Below, one piece after another: positions 8,599 to 17,811 of a stretch of 64,000 nucleotides of DNA. How positions within the stretch are numbered: the first letter of the stretch is position 1; each line of letters starts with the position of its first letter. Under the pieces are notes generated by a model. The model had not been told where the DNA came from and made no database searches. It saw only the letters and a program-made list of their open reading frames with translations. The translations under genes were made by a program, and so were the position numbers. This stretch comes from Verrucomicrobiota bacterium (lineage in GTDB: Bacteria; Verrucomicrobiota; Verrucomicrobiia; Limisphaerales; AAA164-E04): the NCBI GenBank assembly GCA_047947115.1, contig CP170459.1, positions 96,001 to 160,000 on the forward strand, written 5' to 3'.

Positions 8599-11421
8599 TC
8601 AATCCACAAAAACCAATTCGTTCGACATCAGCAAGGTTTGCACATACTGAGTCCAAAGCTCCTTCCGATCGCCCACGACTTCAGATGGATCCGCCTGATC
8701 AGTCGCGCCCATGAATTCCAAACCCCACTGCAATTCTTCCTCACTGGGGTTCCGCTGAAAGAATTGACGATACAGCCGGGTAATCATCTGGTCCTCACTC
8801 CCTGCAACCTGCTCGCTGATTTGTTGCAGGGTCGGAAAGCCGTCCACAACGTGTTTCAGGAACGGACTGTTCATCATATATAATGCCTGCTGGGGCACGC
8901 TGGTGCGGAATCGGCCCGGACTACTTGAATCAGGCGAAGCCAGATCGAAGGTCCGAAAGAAGTTAGGCAGGTTCTGCCTTTCAATATAACCGTAAACCGA
9001 CCGTCGCATTTTCCAGGGTGCCTCGGTGATCTCCACCGGTTTGCCGCCCATCTTCAAATCCAGGTGACCGCTAACTTTCAACAAGGTGTCCCGTGTGCCT
9101 TCCAGATCGAGCCGTTGACGATTGAATTTCCAAAGCAACCGGTTGTCCGGATCTCGCAACTGGTAATCAGATCGAGTCTGGCTGCTTTGCCGAAAGGTCG
9201 CAGAAAGAAGAATCTCCCGCTGGAGTTGCTTGACGGACCATCCGTTGTGAATGAAGGAAGCTGTCAGATAATCCAGCAAATCTCGCTGCACCGGCTCCTC
9301 GCAACGCAAACCAAAATCACTGGCCGACCCCACCAAGCCCGTTCCGAAATGCCAGCCCCATACCCGGTTGACAAACACACGTGCGGTCAATGGATTAGAC
9401 GGGCTTGCGATTTTATTCGCCAATTCGAGACGACCGCTGCCCTCGGAAAAAGGCTGCCGCTCTTCACCCTCCAAAAAACCAAGAAACTGTCTTGGAACCG
9501 AGGGTCCACGGTTGCCGGGACTGCCTCGCAGGAATACAACGGGCGTCACTGGACGATCCTTGTCCAGCAAAGCCATGGCGCGCGCCGGCGCCCCCGGATG
9601 TTCGGCATCGAGCCCGTCCAGCTCGCGCTCCAAACTCCGCACCTTCTGCCCGACACTCACTTCAAACAACCTGGGCAATTCACCAAGGGGCAAATTCGCC
9701 GGAGCATCCGAAGCATATAATACCTGACGCAACGCTTCGCGCTGCGGGTCCGGTAATCCACGGTCGTCGGGTTGTTTGGACTTGAGTTCGTTCCACTCCT
9801 TGCTGACATCGGCAAGCAAACCTCCATAAACGCCGGATAACGCTTCAAGATCGACCGGATTCGATTCGCGTATTTTTTGGCCGACGATTGGATGGACACG
9901 CTCACTGTCCTGCAACAAAGCCAACCATTCAGACTGCTTCTCCGAGCCAAGCAAATCCGGATTTTCGGTCGCCAGCAACCACGGCACCCATACAGGATGC
10001 TTTTCTTCACCCCATCGCTCCAAGGCTTGAACCCATCGCTGAACCGTGCCGGGATCCAGTTTACGTTCCCGCGCCAAAGCCTCTTTCTGCGCACGATCCT
10101 CAATCAAACCAACATCAAAAGCCGCTTTTAAAAACTCTCCCGCTCGATCACGCAAACTTTGCAGGGCGTCCTGTTGAGCTTGATCGAGATAGGTTTCATA
10201 GGCGGCCCGTCGTTTCTTCTTTTCGGAGAGATAGTCCTCATATCTGGGATGAGGCTCACCTCCCAGCAAAGGAAGGTCCTCCGGCTCGTGCGTGCTCGCA
10301 AAAACGCCATACAACGAGTAATAATCTTCTGTCGGGATGGGATCATATTTGTGTTCATGACACCGGGCACAGGCAACCGTCAACCCCATCATCCCGCGGG
10401 AAACGACATCAATACGATCGTCAATAATGTCGTTTTGGTTATTCAAAAAACGACGCCCTAAGGTCAGATATCCCAAAGCGGCGAGCGCCTGTTGATCCTC
10501 CCCCTGCTCCAGTAAATCAGCAGCAAGCTGCTCGCGAATGAACTGGTCATAAGGCAAATCTTCATTAAAAGCCCGCACGAGATAGTCGCGATAGGTATAA
10601 GCAAACGGATAACTCCGGTCCGAAGTAAACACATACCCCTTCGTGTCGGCATAACGTGACACATCCATCCAATGCCGCGCCCACCGCTCCCCATAATGAG
10701 GTGAGGCCAATAAATGCTCGACCACCTTTTCAAAAGCCTTGGGACTGGCATCTGCCAAGAACGCCTCAACCTCTTCAAAAGTCGGAGGCAGTCCGATCAA
10801 ATTAAAATAAACCCGCTTGATCCAGGTACGTCGACCAGCTTCCGGATTTGGTTCCATTTGACGGCTCTCGAGATTTGCCAAAACAAACCGATCCATCGGA
10901 CGTTGCACCCAATCGATCCCGTCCACCTCGGGCCAGTCAGGAGCCTCAACCGGTTGGAACGCCCAGTGCGCCTCGGATTTCAGCTCAATCAAAGACGGAC
11001 CATCCGAATCATCCCTCGGATCAGGAGCTCCCATGGCGATCCATTCTTCGAAACGAGCAATCACAGCATCATCAAGTTTTGGACCTTTTGGTGGCATCTT
11101 CAGGTCTGGATCCTCCTGACGCATGGCCCGGATCAACAAACTCTCACCCGGCTTCCCTTTCACGAAAACCGGTCCTGACTGCCCTCCGAGCTCCATCGCA
11201 GGACGCGCATCCAGCTTCAGTCCCCCCTTGCTCTCCCCCGACTGGTCAGAGTGACACTCGTAGCAAGAATCCACCAACACAGGCCGAATGTGCTGCTCAA
11301 AAAACGCATCCCCCTCCGCCTCTAAGGCATCCAATGACGCCGCCATGAAAGGTAAAACCATCCCAAGGAAGCACAACACCTGCTTCCCCAAGGAAAATCG
11401 ACATGTTTTCACCACTCGCAT
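8599..11421 (-). CDS. Planctomycete-type cytochrome c + DUF1549 + DUF1553 (PSD1) protein
   Basis: CYECH and CARCH heme motifs, YGERWARHWMD, NPLTARVFVNRVW, PQQALYMMN. Confidence 0.92.
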   Translation of the reverse strand: MRVVKTCRFSLGKQVLCFLGMVLPFMAASLDALEAEGDAFFEQHIRPVLVDSCYECHSDQSGESKGGLKLDARPAMELGGQSGPVFVKGKPGESLLIRAMRQEDPDLKMPPKGPKLDDAVIARFEEWIAMGAPDPRDDSDGPSLIELKSEAHWAFQPVEAPDWPEVDGIDWVQRPMDRFVLANLESRQMEPNPEAGRRTWIKRVYFNLIGLPPTFEEVEAFLADASPKAFEKVVEHLLASPHYGERWARHWMDVSRYADTKGYVFTSDRSYPFAYTYRDYLVRAFNEDLPYDQFIREQLAADLLEQGEDQQALAALGYLTLGRRFLNNQNDIIDDRIDVVSRGMMGLTVACARCHEHKYDPIPTEDYYSLYGVFASTHEPEDLPLLGGEPHPRYEDYLSEKKKRRAAYETYLDQAQQDALQSLRDRAGEFLKAAFDVGLIEDRAQKEALARERKLDPGTVQRWVQALERWGEEKHPVWVPWLLATENPDLLGSEKQSEWLALLQDSERVHPIVGQKIRESNPVDLEALSGVYGGLLADVSKEWNELKSKQPDDRGLPDPQREALRQVLYASDAPANLPLGELPRLFEVSVGQKVRSLERELDGLDAEHPGAPARAMALLDKDRPVTPVVFLRGSPGNRGPSVPRQFLGFLEGEERQPFSEGSGRLELANKIASPSNPLTARVFVNRVWGWHFGTGLVGSASDFGLRCEEPVQRDLLDYLTASFIHNGWSVKQLQREILLSATFRQSSQTRSDYQLRDPDNRLLWKFNRQRLDLEGTRDTLLKVSGHLDLKMGGKPVEITEAPWKMRRSVYGYIERQNLPNFFRTFDLASPDSSSPGRFRTSVPQQALYMMNSPFLKHVVDGFPTLQQISEQVAGSEDQMITRLYRQFFQRNPSEEELQWGLEFMGATDQADPSEVVGDRKELWTQYVQTLLMSNELVFVD

Positions 11422-11615
11422 GCAACCATCATATACAAAACCCAAGACCAGACAATCCCCCAAAATTCACTATTCCAAAGCCCCGGTGCAAGTTCCGAAC
11501 CTATGGTGTTGCCCCCATCCTTCACCCGCCATTTACCATTCGAAAGTTCACCATTCAAAATTGACGCTCTCCTATATTCATAGTAAAAGCTTTGTATCGC
11601 TAACAACATCAACCC

Positions 11616-12446
11616 ATGAAAAAGACAAACGAAGCCATATCCAGCGGCACCTCACAGCGCAAAGGATTTACGTTGATCGAGTTGCTCGTCGTGATCGCGA
11701 TCATCGCCATTCTGGCAGGCATGCTCCTGCCCGCCCTGTCCAAGGCCAAAGAAAAAGCCAAACACACCGGCTGTATCAGCAATCTCAAGCAACTGGGCAT
11801 CGCCTTTGCCATGTATCTGGACGACAACGAAGATGAATTCCCTGGGGTTGCCTCACGCGGCGCCTACGTTCCCATGAAAGAAGACTGGATCTTCTGGAAC
11901 GTCAATCGCTCCACAAGCGAAGGCGATTTCTTCAACAACCCGCAAAACAGCGCTATCGGACCTTACATCGGAAATTTCACCACCAACATCTTCCGTTGCC
12001 CCTCCGACACTGATGTGCTGAGACGCGAAAGAGATTACTACAAAAACCCCTCCTCCGGCAATCCATACCTCTACAGCTACACGATGCTGAGCTTTCTGGA
12101 AGGGGGAAAGAACAAGGGTGTCGGTTCGATTCTGGCTCCCGGAGCGCCATCACTCTACTACAAACAATCCGCCACCAAACTGCCTTCTCAAAAAATCATT
12201 CTGGTGGATGAAAATGGCGATCCAAACCACCATAGCTCAGTCGCAGATGACGGACGATGGGTTCCCACAGGCAACCGCTTGACCGCACGTCATGCCAAGA
12301 ACAAAGGGCAATCCCTGACCGAGGACGAATTCATGAACCAAGGACGCGGAACCGTCCTGATGGGAGATTACCACGTCGAAACCATCACCCCCGCAGCAGC
12401 GTCCTCCAGACAGCACTTTGACACCCAGTGGACCCCGACCAACTGA
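11616..12446 (+). CDS. Prepilin-type N-terminal cleavage/methylation domain protein (PVC expanded family)
   Basis: [44 protein letters not shown]-terminal RH...G..LMGD.HVE. Confidence 0.9.
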   Translation: MKKTNEAISSGTSQRKGFTLIELLVVIAIIAILAGMLLPALSKAKEKAKHTGCISNLKQLGIAFAMYLDDNEDEFPGVASRGAYVPMKEDWIFWNVNRSTSEGDFFNNPQNSAIGPYIGNFTTNIFRCPSDTDVLRRERDYYKNPSSGNPYLYSYTMLSFLEGGKNKGVGSILAPGAPSLYYKQSATKLPSQKIILVDENGDPNHHSSVADDGRWVPTGNRLTARHAKNKGQSLTEDEFMNQGRGTVLMGDYHVETITPAAASSRQHFDTQWTPTN

Positions 12447-12483
12447 TCAACCTAAACAACCAGATCTAACATAACCATTTCAC

Positions 12484-12509
12484 AGCCCGCCCCAACGGCG
12501 GGCTTTTTT
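12484..12509 (+). terminator. Rho-independent terminator after the prepilin gene
   Basis: AGCCCGCC-ccaac-GGCGGGCT hairpin followed by a T-run. Confidence 0.75.
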
Positions 12510-12517
12510 CTTAGTGC

Positions 12518-12549
12518 CTTAAGTCCCGCCCCCGGGACGAGTGTGAGAA
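12518..12549 (+). repeat. 32-bp hairpin repeat, copy 1
   Basis: CTTAAGTCC-CGCCCCCG-GGACGAGTGTGAGAA; copy 2 at 13282-13313. Confidence 0.7.
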
Positions 12550-12632
12550 ACACAAAAGGACCTTCCCAAAACCAAACAATCCATCCAGTAAATCTCGTAG
12601 ATCCCGCGACTGTGGCGACTGTCAAAAAACAA

Positions 12633-13184
12633 CTATCTTCCATCCAGCACGGACACCAACTTTTCCCACTTCTCCTCCCCAAATGCCCCCTCACTCCGCC
12701 CGACCACCTTGCCCTTCGCATCCACCACCACGACCACAATCGAAGCCTCGGAATCGATCTTCAGCGCAGTCTTGAAAGGCTCTTTATCAATGTGCAAGGT
12801 CACCGTCCTGGTGCGATCCCCCTCATCCTTGATCCCTGACCGCATCCCACGATAAATGATCCAGCGCAAGACAGAATTCATAGGCTTGATGGTGGGCAAT
12901 TCGAAATAATCCACATCCTCCCGCTCCTCCAACAGCCCCTTCAATGAAGGCAACCAAGTATCCACCTCAGGTTGCTGCTTCTGTTCGAACGCAATGACCG
13001 CAATATGAAAAGGCTTCTTGGAAAACACATCCGGAAATTGAACAACCTCCCCCTGCAAACTCTTCCCCTCCACCTTCGGAAAAACCATCTCCGCATCCGA
13101 AGCGATTCCAACAATGCCCCCCAGAGATAAGAACAAACCAGTTATTCCCCACCGGCTTACCCGTTTAAGCAAATTATTCAACAT
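12633..13184 (-). CDS. Thioredoxin-fold ATP10-like exported protein (start ATG 13184; the longer ORF call runs antisense into the tRNA)
   Basis: GGGGAG just before ATG, hydrophobic N-terminus, FP.VEG.SL.G..V.FP and QQPEVDTW...FELP..GMRSGI. Confidence 0.65.
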   Translation of the reverse strand: MLNNLLKRVSRWGITGLFLSLGGIVGIASDAEMVFPKVEGKSLQGEVVQFPDVFSKKPFHIAVIAFEQKQQPEVDTWLPSLKGLLEEREDVDYFELPTIKPMNSVLRWIIYRGMRSGIKDEGDRTRTVTLHIDKEPFKTALKIDSEASIVVVVVDAKGKVVGRSEGAFGEEKWEKLVSVLDGR

Positions 13185-13281
13185 CTCCCCAGATTGCCGT
13201 AAGCCCCACAAATGTCCACCCCTCAATTCACCATTCAAAAGTAGCCACCCATAAAACTTTCTTACCTCAGCGCCTTCGTGG

Positions 13282-13313
13282 CTTAAGTCCTGCGCGCAGG
13301 ACGAGTGTGAGAA
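13282..13313 (+). repeat. 32-bp hairpin repeat, copy 2
   Basis: CTTAAGTCC-TGCGCGCA-GGACGAGTGTGAGAA. Confidence 0.7.
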
Positions 13314-13380
13314 TAAACAAACCACTTGCAAAACCCCAAAAAACCATGGAACAATCACCCCATTGGAAGCAGATCCAAAC

Positions 13381-13471
13381 GGAAGGGTGGCTGAGTTGGT
13401 TGAAGGTACCTGACTCGAAATCAGGCGTACGGGAAACCGTATCGTGGGTTCGAATCCCACCCCTTCCGCCA
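13381..13471 (+). tRNA. tRNA-Ser(CGA) with encoded CCA; island integration site
   Basis: Acceptor GGAAGGG/CCCTTCC-G-CCA, anticodon arm CCTGA-CTCGAAA-TCAGG, long variable arm, GGTTCGAATCC T-arm. Confidence 0.97.
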
Positions 13472-13725
13472 GCTCCTCTTATGCACGTCTAACAGAGAAA
13501 CTTAAATCAGATCTACATTACTTGACAGTGCGATAGCATAACACCTATGCATAACATGTGTGTCCGTGTTATGGATGTCAAAACGCATTTGGAGGTGTTG
13601 AGGCCGGATTAGCAGAGCAACAACAGACCCGGAAAATAAACGGTCAGGAGGGTGAAATCGAATCGAAGAAGCCCCATGACTGAGCGATAATCTCTCCAAG
13701 GCTTTGTTTACCGCCAAAAACCGTA

Positions 13726-14169
13726 TCAAGTCACATCACACCCGGAGTTTTCGTTAGAGCTCAGAATCGCGGTCACAGAGTTGACCTGGATCACCTTGCT
13801 CTGCTGCCCATGCGACCGGGCCAAACCGCCGATAACCCGCTCAGCTCGCTTGGATAGCATCTCCAGCGCCCTCTCCCGTTTCAGGATAGCGTCGATGCGA
13901 CGGGGCATCGGCATACGGCGAATCCAGTGTAGCGTCTCCATCACATCAGTGGACATGACCCTTTCATATTCGGCTGGCAGTTGATTGTCGTCCAGATCAT
14001 CACCACACTGTCGATCAGATCCGTCAGGGCCGTCCCACATATAACGTCGTTTCCACTCACGAACGGTGCCTGGTTTGATATCCAAAAGAGAGCCAATCTC
14101 CTGGGATGATTTACCGGCTTCAATTAGTTCCTTGGCTTGTCGTCTGATGTCTAGTGATATTGAAGACAT
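13726..14169 (-). CDS. HTH protein, terminase-small-subunit-like N-terminus (copy 1)
   Basis: AKELIEAGKSSQEIGSLLDIKPGTVREWKRRYMWD HTH; paralog at 54850-55293. Confidence 0.65.
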   Translation of the reverse strand: MSSISLDIRRQAKELIEAGKSSQEIGSLLDIKPGTVREWKRRYMWDGPDGSDRQCGDDLDDNQLPAEYERVMSTDVMETLHWIRRMPMPRRIDAILKRERALEMLSKRAERVIGGLARSHGQQSKVIQVNSVTAILSSNENSGCDVT

Positions 14170-14288
14170 GCCTAAAGCTTATCGAATATTTGACAGAAAC
14201 TCAATACTGTATCGTTACAGTGTTGAAAAATAAGTGAACCTCCACGTCTGCTGGAAGCAGGTTCAGATCCTCGACACCTTGCATCCCT

Positions 14289-14328
14289 GCTTTCAGGCAA
14301 ATGGAGTTTCGACCTTTTGACACCGTTC
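14289..14328 (-). mobile_element. Solo end of an IS4-family element related to the IS at 22238-23708
   Basis: GCTTTCAGGC..AAATGGAGTTTCGACCTTTTGACACCGTTC closely matches the reverse complement of the IS left end GAACGGTGTCAAAAGGGCGAAACTCAATTTGACGCCTGAAAGC. Confidence 0.7.
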
Positions 14329-14442
14329 CAAAAATGTTGCAAGGGGCAAATGCCTTAAGAATGTGGTGTTTTTTCCATTTTACTTCCTCCTATGGGATCC
14401 GAATGAAGTTTTTTTGTGAAATATTTAAGGGATAATGTCCAA

Positions 14443-15042
14443 TCACCAACCAACGGCTCCAGATTTACCTTGTTTGGTAATGATTTTCTCATCCTCCCAA
14501 ATAGCGAGTCCGGCTTGATCAGTTAAAGACATTTGGAAAATGTAGCTAACCTGCTTGGTACGGCCATCACGAGCATAATCTTCTAGAATTTTACCAGTCA
14601 GCGTATAGTCAGGCAAACGTTGCCCACTCCCGCGACCGGTCATTGCCAGATATTCCTGGGTTTCTTTGGCCAAAGGATCCTCGACACCACCGTACGCCAA
14701 CGTAGTGGTGGTTAACATCTTCCCACTACGATTAAGCTCAATGCGCATTTTCTTTACCAATTGATCGGTGTCCAAGTGAGCTGTTGTATTGTTAGAGATG
14801 CGACTGATGGCCATAACCGCCGGTTCACCTGGTTCGCTGGACTGCAACTGGCCTTCGGCCAATTTTCCCAGGATCGTTTGTATGAAGGCATCAGCTGCGT
14901 TGGAAAAGTCCTGAATATTGATTTTCCCGACATTAACTACGGTGCGCTGACCATTAGGATCGACGTAGGTAGAACTCGTAGCACAGCCTACCAACCAAAC
15001 TGGCAACATGCCTATGGCGATGAATTTCTTTACTTGTCTCAT
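14443..15042 (-). CDS. LpoB-like (COG3417) lipoprotein
   Basis: Lipobox LVGC; YVDP, I.NNT..H.DT, DYTLTGKI, YIFQMSLTD..G.AIWEDEK.I.K. Confidence 0.75.
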   Translation of the reverse strand: MRQVKKFIAIGMLPVWLVGCATSSTYVDPNGQRTVVNVGKINIQDFSNAADAFIQTILGKLAEGQLQSSEPGEPAVMAISRISNNTTAHLDTDQLVKKMRIELNRSGKMLTTTTLAYGGVEDPLAKETQEYLAMTGRGSGQRLPDYTLTGKILEDYARDGRTKQVSYIFQMSLTDQAGLAIWEDEKIITKQGKSGAVGW

Positions 15043-15082
15043 AACTAATGAATTAAATAATAGTGTTCTGGTTTGCGTGTGG

Positions 15083-15520
15083 TTATCTCTTCGCCCTGGT
15101 TAATTTTAACCGAAAATCCTTCGCTTTTTGAGTTGGCGCAATGGAGGTGAGAAAAATGGTTTCTTTGCCTAAAATTTCGCGTACTTGGTATACTTTGGAA
15201 GAGGACTGCACCAGATTCCCATCCATATCAAACCATTCAAACAAGTATTCAAAATGTTTGGGTCGACTGGTGGCATTACGGATTTCTACCTGCACCTTTG
15301 CAAATCCACCAGGCGTCACCGTTTCGTTCACCCCAAGAATCTGAGCCCTGGATCCTAATATAGGATCCGGAAGAACTCGTTTGTCCGAAATCATTTGTTT
15401 ATTAGCAACAGGCTCACTAGGGGCAACCGTGTTGACCGTATTACACCCCAAGACGAAAACATACAGGACCATCAAGCCCCAAAATCGGGCCGTAAAGAAA
15501 TCTAATGTAGAGCGGTTCAT
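15083..15520 (-). CDS. YcfL/DUF1425-family lipoprotein
   Basis: Lipobox VLGC; VEIRN....FEYLFEWFD.DG and AP...A.DFRL motifs. Confidence 0.75.
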   Translation of the reverse strand: MNRSTLDFFTARFWGLMVLYVFVLGCNTVNTVAPSEPVANKQMISDKRVLPDPILGSRAQILGVNETVTPGGFAKVQVEIRNATSRPKHFEYLFEWFDMDGNLVQSSSKVYQVREILGKETIFLTSIAPTQKAKDFRLKLTRAKR

Positions 15521-16914
15521 AGCAAATTAAAATGATTCACGATAATCGGTGAAGTCTGATTGACTGATCGAACGTAGATGATATTGGAACTTCCTTCAAG
15601 AACAGGAACATCAACCGTGTGCAATCCATCTGGAGTTGAAACGCGAATGTTTCCATCAACAGGTGTTGCAACTCGACAATATTGAAACTCCTTAGGCAAT
15701 GTGGTCCAAGTTCGAAGATCGGCAATATTGACGGCTGCTTGCGCAACGGCAGTACCTATTTTAGAAATGAGGCCTGCCATCCCATTTCCGACTCCCTCAT
15801 TAATAGCATAGGCAGCCGCTGCCTTAACGATGGTGGAGATCATCGTTTTGGTAATGATAACCGGCAGTTCCTTTCTAAACGCATTTCCTACGATGGTATC
15901 CATACTGGCAACAATCAGCGTTTCGGCTGTTTGTCCTCCAGCCTGGACTTTCAAGTGCCTATGGAAATTGTCATGGAACTTCAATTTAGGGAATGCAGCT
16001 CCGACGTAGGATACCTTCGCGATGATGATGGGGATATCAATTCTGATCTGATCCCTACTGGGAGCACTTCCCGTTTCAAAAATGACGTAAGTGATCGGTT
16101 CGAGATTTGCACCTTCCATCTTCTGTTCAATTCGGGCAATTTCTGATTCCACGTAAGTGTTTTCAGGAGAGAATGTTTTAAGGTTCTCAAACGATTTCCG
16201 GGCCCGCTCTAGGTCTGCTCGATCTGCAGGTTGATGCTGGAAAAAGAGCCCGTCCACGAACACTGTGAATGGATTTACGTAATCTCCATACGGTTTGAGA
16301 TGTGCGAGAGATTGGTCCATCCCATCCAAAGTGGCTGCGAACTGCTCATTCTCTCTGGCTTTTTCGATTTTTTCAGCTTCTTTGCTTTCTTTCTCCTCTT
16401 GTTGGGCTTTCTCAATCGCTTTCTTGTTTTCCTCTACAGCATCCTGCTGCCTTCGGTATGCACGAAAAATTTCGGTTCTTACTTTCTCATACTCCCCCTG
16501 CTCCCAATAATTAAGAGCCTTATAGGTGTTGAGCATAATCTTGTCATAGGCCCTGCCTTTATATGGCAGATTGGCCTGATTCGACATGGTGGCACCGGCT
16601 TCTCGTGAGATGGACACCTTGGCTTTCGCTTCGTATTCATCAATTTTGACCTCCGCCTTTTCAAACGCCAAAGTGCTTTCCACGATCTGATCGTTGGCTC
16701 GTAAGGCTGTAGCGTGCTCCATATGCCACACGATGTGGTCCTTTGTGTCGTGATTCTTTTCCGCTTGTTTGGCGAATTCGGTGACAGCCAGATCAATCTG
16801 ACCACTGTTCCAATGTCCTATTGCCTTGCTACTTTGCTTTTTATAAGTCTGACACCCCGTGACATAGAGACACGCAACTGCCAAACTCAGTAACTTTAAG
16901 ATTTGATGACTCAT
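15517..16914 (-). CDS. COG3014-like TPR lipoprotein
   Basis: Lipobox VTGC; Y.G..YDKIMLNTYKALNY, ADLRTWTTLP motif. Confidence 0.75.
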   Translation of the reverse strand: MSHQILKLLSLAVACLYVTGCQTYKKQSSKAIGHWNSGQIDLAVTEFAKQAEKNHDTKDHIVWHMEHATALRANDQIVESTLAFEKAEVKIDEYEAKAKVSISREAGATMSNQANLPYKGRAYDKIMLNTYKALNYWEQGEYEKVRTEIFRAYRRQQDAVEENKKAIEKAQQEEKESKEAEKIEKARENEQFAATLDGMDQSLAHLKPYGDYVNPFTVFVDGLFFQHQPADRADLERARKSFENLKTFSPENTYVESEIARIEQKMEGANLEPITYVIFETGSAPSRDQIRIDIPIIIAKVSYVGAAFPKLKFHDNFHRHLKVQAGGQTAETLIVASMDTIVGNAFRKELPVIITKTMISTIVKAAAAYAINEGVGNGMAGLISKIGTAVAQAAVNIADLRTWTTLPKEFQYCRVATPVDGNIRVSTPDGLHTVDVPVLEGSSNIIYVRSVNQTSPIIVNHFNLL

Positions 16915-16949
16915 ATTTTTTGTTGCTGGCTAACGTTTTTTCCAAGGAC

Positions 16950-17795
16950 CTAAGGACGCAATATTGAACCCTTTACGATTCCGAGATTCTCCACGACTTC
17001 GCCTTTCGAAAATTTGGGAAGCACACTCGTGATTTTAGCTTTGCCTATATAGATTTCTTCAGATCCAAGCACTTCACCAGTATCCGGATCAACCAGAGCT
17101 TCCCCCGCTGTAAATATTTTCCAAATCTGCCCCACAGCAATGCCTGTACCGTCTCCACGGTTCAACGTGACGACGTCCCCGGTAATTGCCAGGACCTTCG
17201 CTGGATAAATAACATCCGCAATTCTTCTGGCCGCCTTGCTGGATGTTTCCTGAGCCATCTCCAACAACAATGCATCGGTTGCATTACCCCGGGTTGTTGC
17301 CGAGTTGATGTTTTCATCCACCAGGGTACGCTCAGCTTGAACACTTACAGCTTCCAACAATCTCCCCTCTCCCGTGTCGTAAATCTTCAAGAACAGAGAC
17401 ACTCGGACCGTTCTGCGCAACACCGTTTTACCCAATGTTTCAAACGTTGCCTTCTCGGAAATATCCTGAAAATCGTCTATACTCGGTACCACCAGATAAT
17501 CCACTCCGGCAATTGTTCCACCGCTCAAAGCTTGTTCTTCCAACACGGATCTCATGTCACTACGAGCAGCAAGTTTAAACTTCCTGGTTTCGTGCACTGC
17601 CACCGTGATTTGACCATCCAGGGATTGAGTTACCCTGTCCAAGGCATTCTTGAGTCCTTCCGAACTGATTTTCTGAGCCAAAGCAGGAGGCACCTTTACC
17701 TCTCCAACACCCAAGGTCTTCAACTGAGCTTGGATTCGGGCAGAACTGGCAAGCAGCAACACGACAGCAATTGATTGAATGATATACTTTTTCAT
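16950..17795 (-). CDS. CsgG/HfaB-like secreted protein with FlgT-like C-terminal domain (start ATG 17795)
   Basis: Signal peptide; KF.LAARSDM..VLEEQ.L; C-terminal V.LNRG...GI.VG...GE.LVDPDTGEVLGSEE. Confidence 0.65.
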   Translation of the reverse strand: MKKYIIQSIAVVLLLASSARIQAQLKTLGVGEVKVPPALAQKISSEGLKNALDRVTQSLDGQITVAVHETRKFKLAARSDMRSVLEEQALSGGTIAGVDYLVVPSIDDFQDISEKATFETLGKTVLRRTVRVSLFLKIYDTGEGRLLEAVSVQAERTLVDENINSATTRGNATDALLLEMAQETSSKAARRIADVIYPAKVLAITGDVVTLNRGDGTGIAVGQIWKIFTAGEALVDPDTGEVLGSEEIYIGKAKITSVLPKFSKGEVVENLGIVKGSILRP

Positions 17796-17811
17796 GCGAA
17801 TGAATCTGTTT

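Noticed and set aside
12518..12549. Hammerhead ribozyme (GTCC..GGAC-GA resembles stem II)
   Set aside because: The CUGANGA and GAAA core nucleotides are missing at the required positions.
13185..13460. N-terminal extension of ORF 12633-13460
   Set aside because: It runs antisense through the tRNA-Ser gene; a better start with a purine-rich RBS-like sequence exists at 13184.
14168..14233. Conserved short plus-strand ORF (MPKAYRIF.. / MLKAYRIL..) upstream of both HTH genes
   Set aside because: The lengths differ and its ATG overlaps the HTH start codon; promoter conservation explains it more simply.
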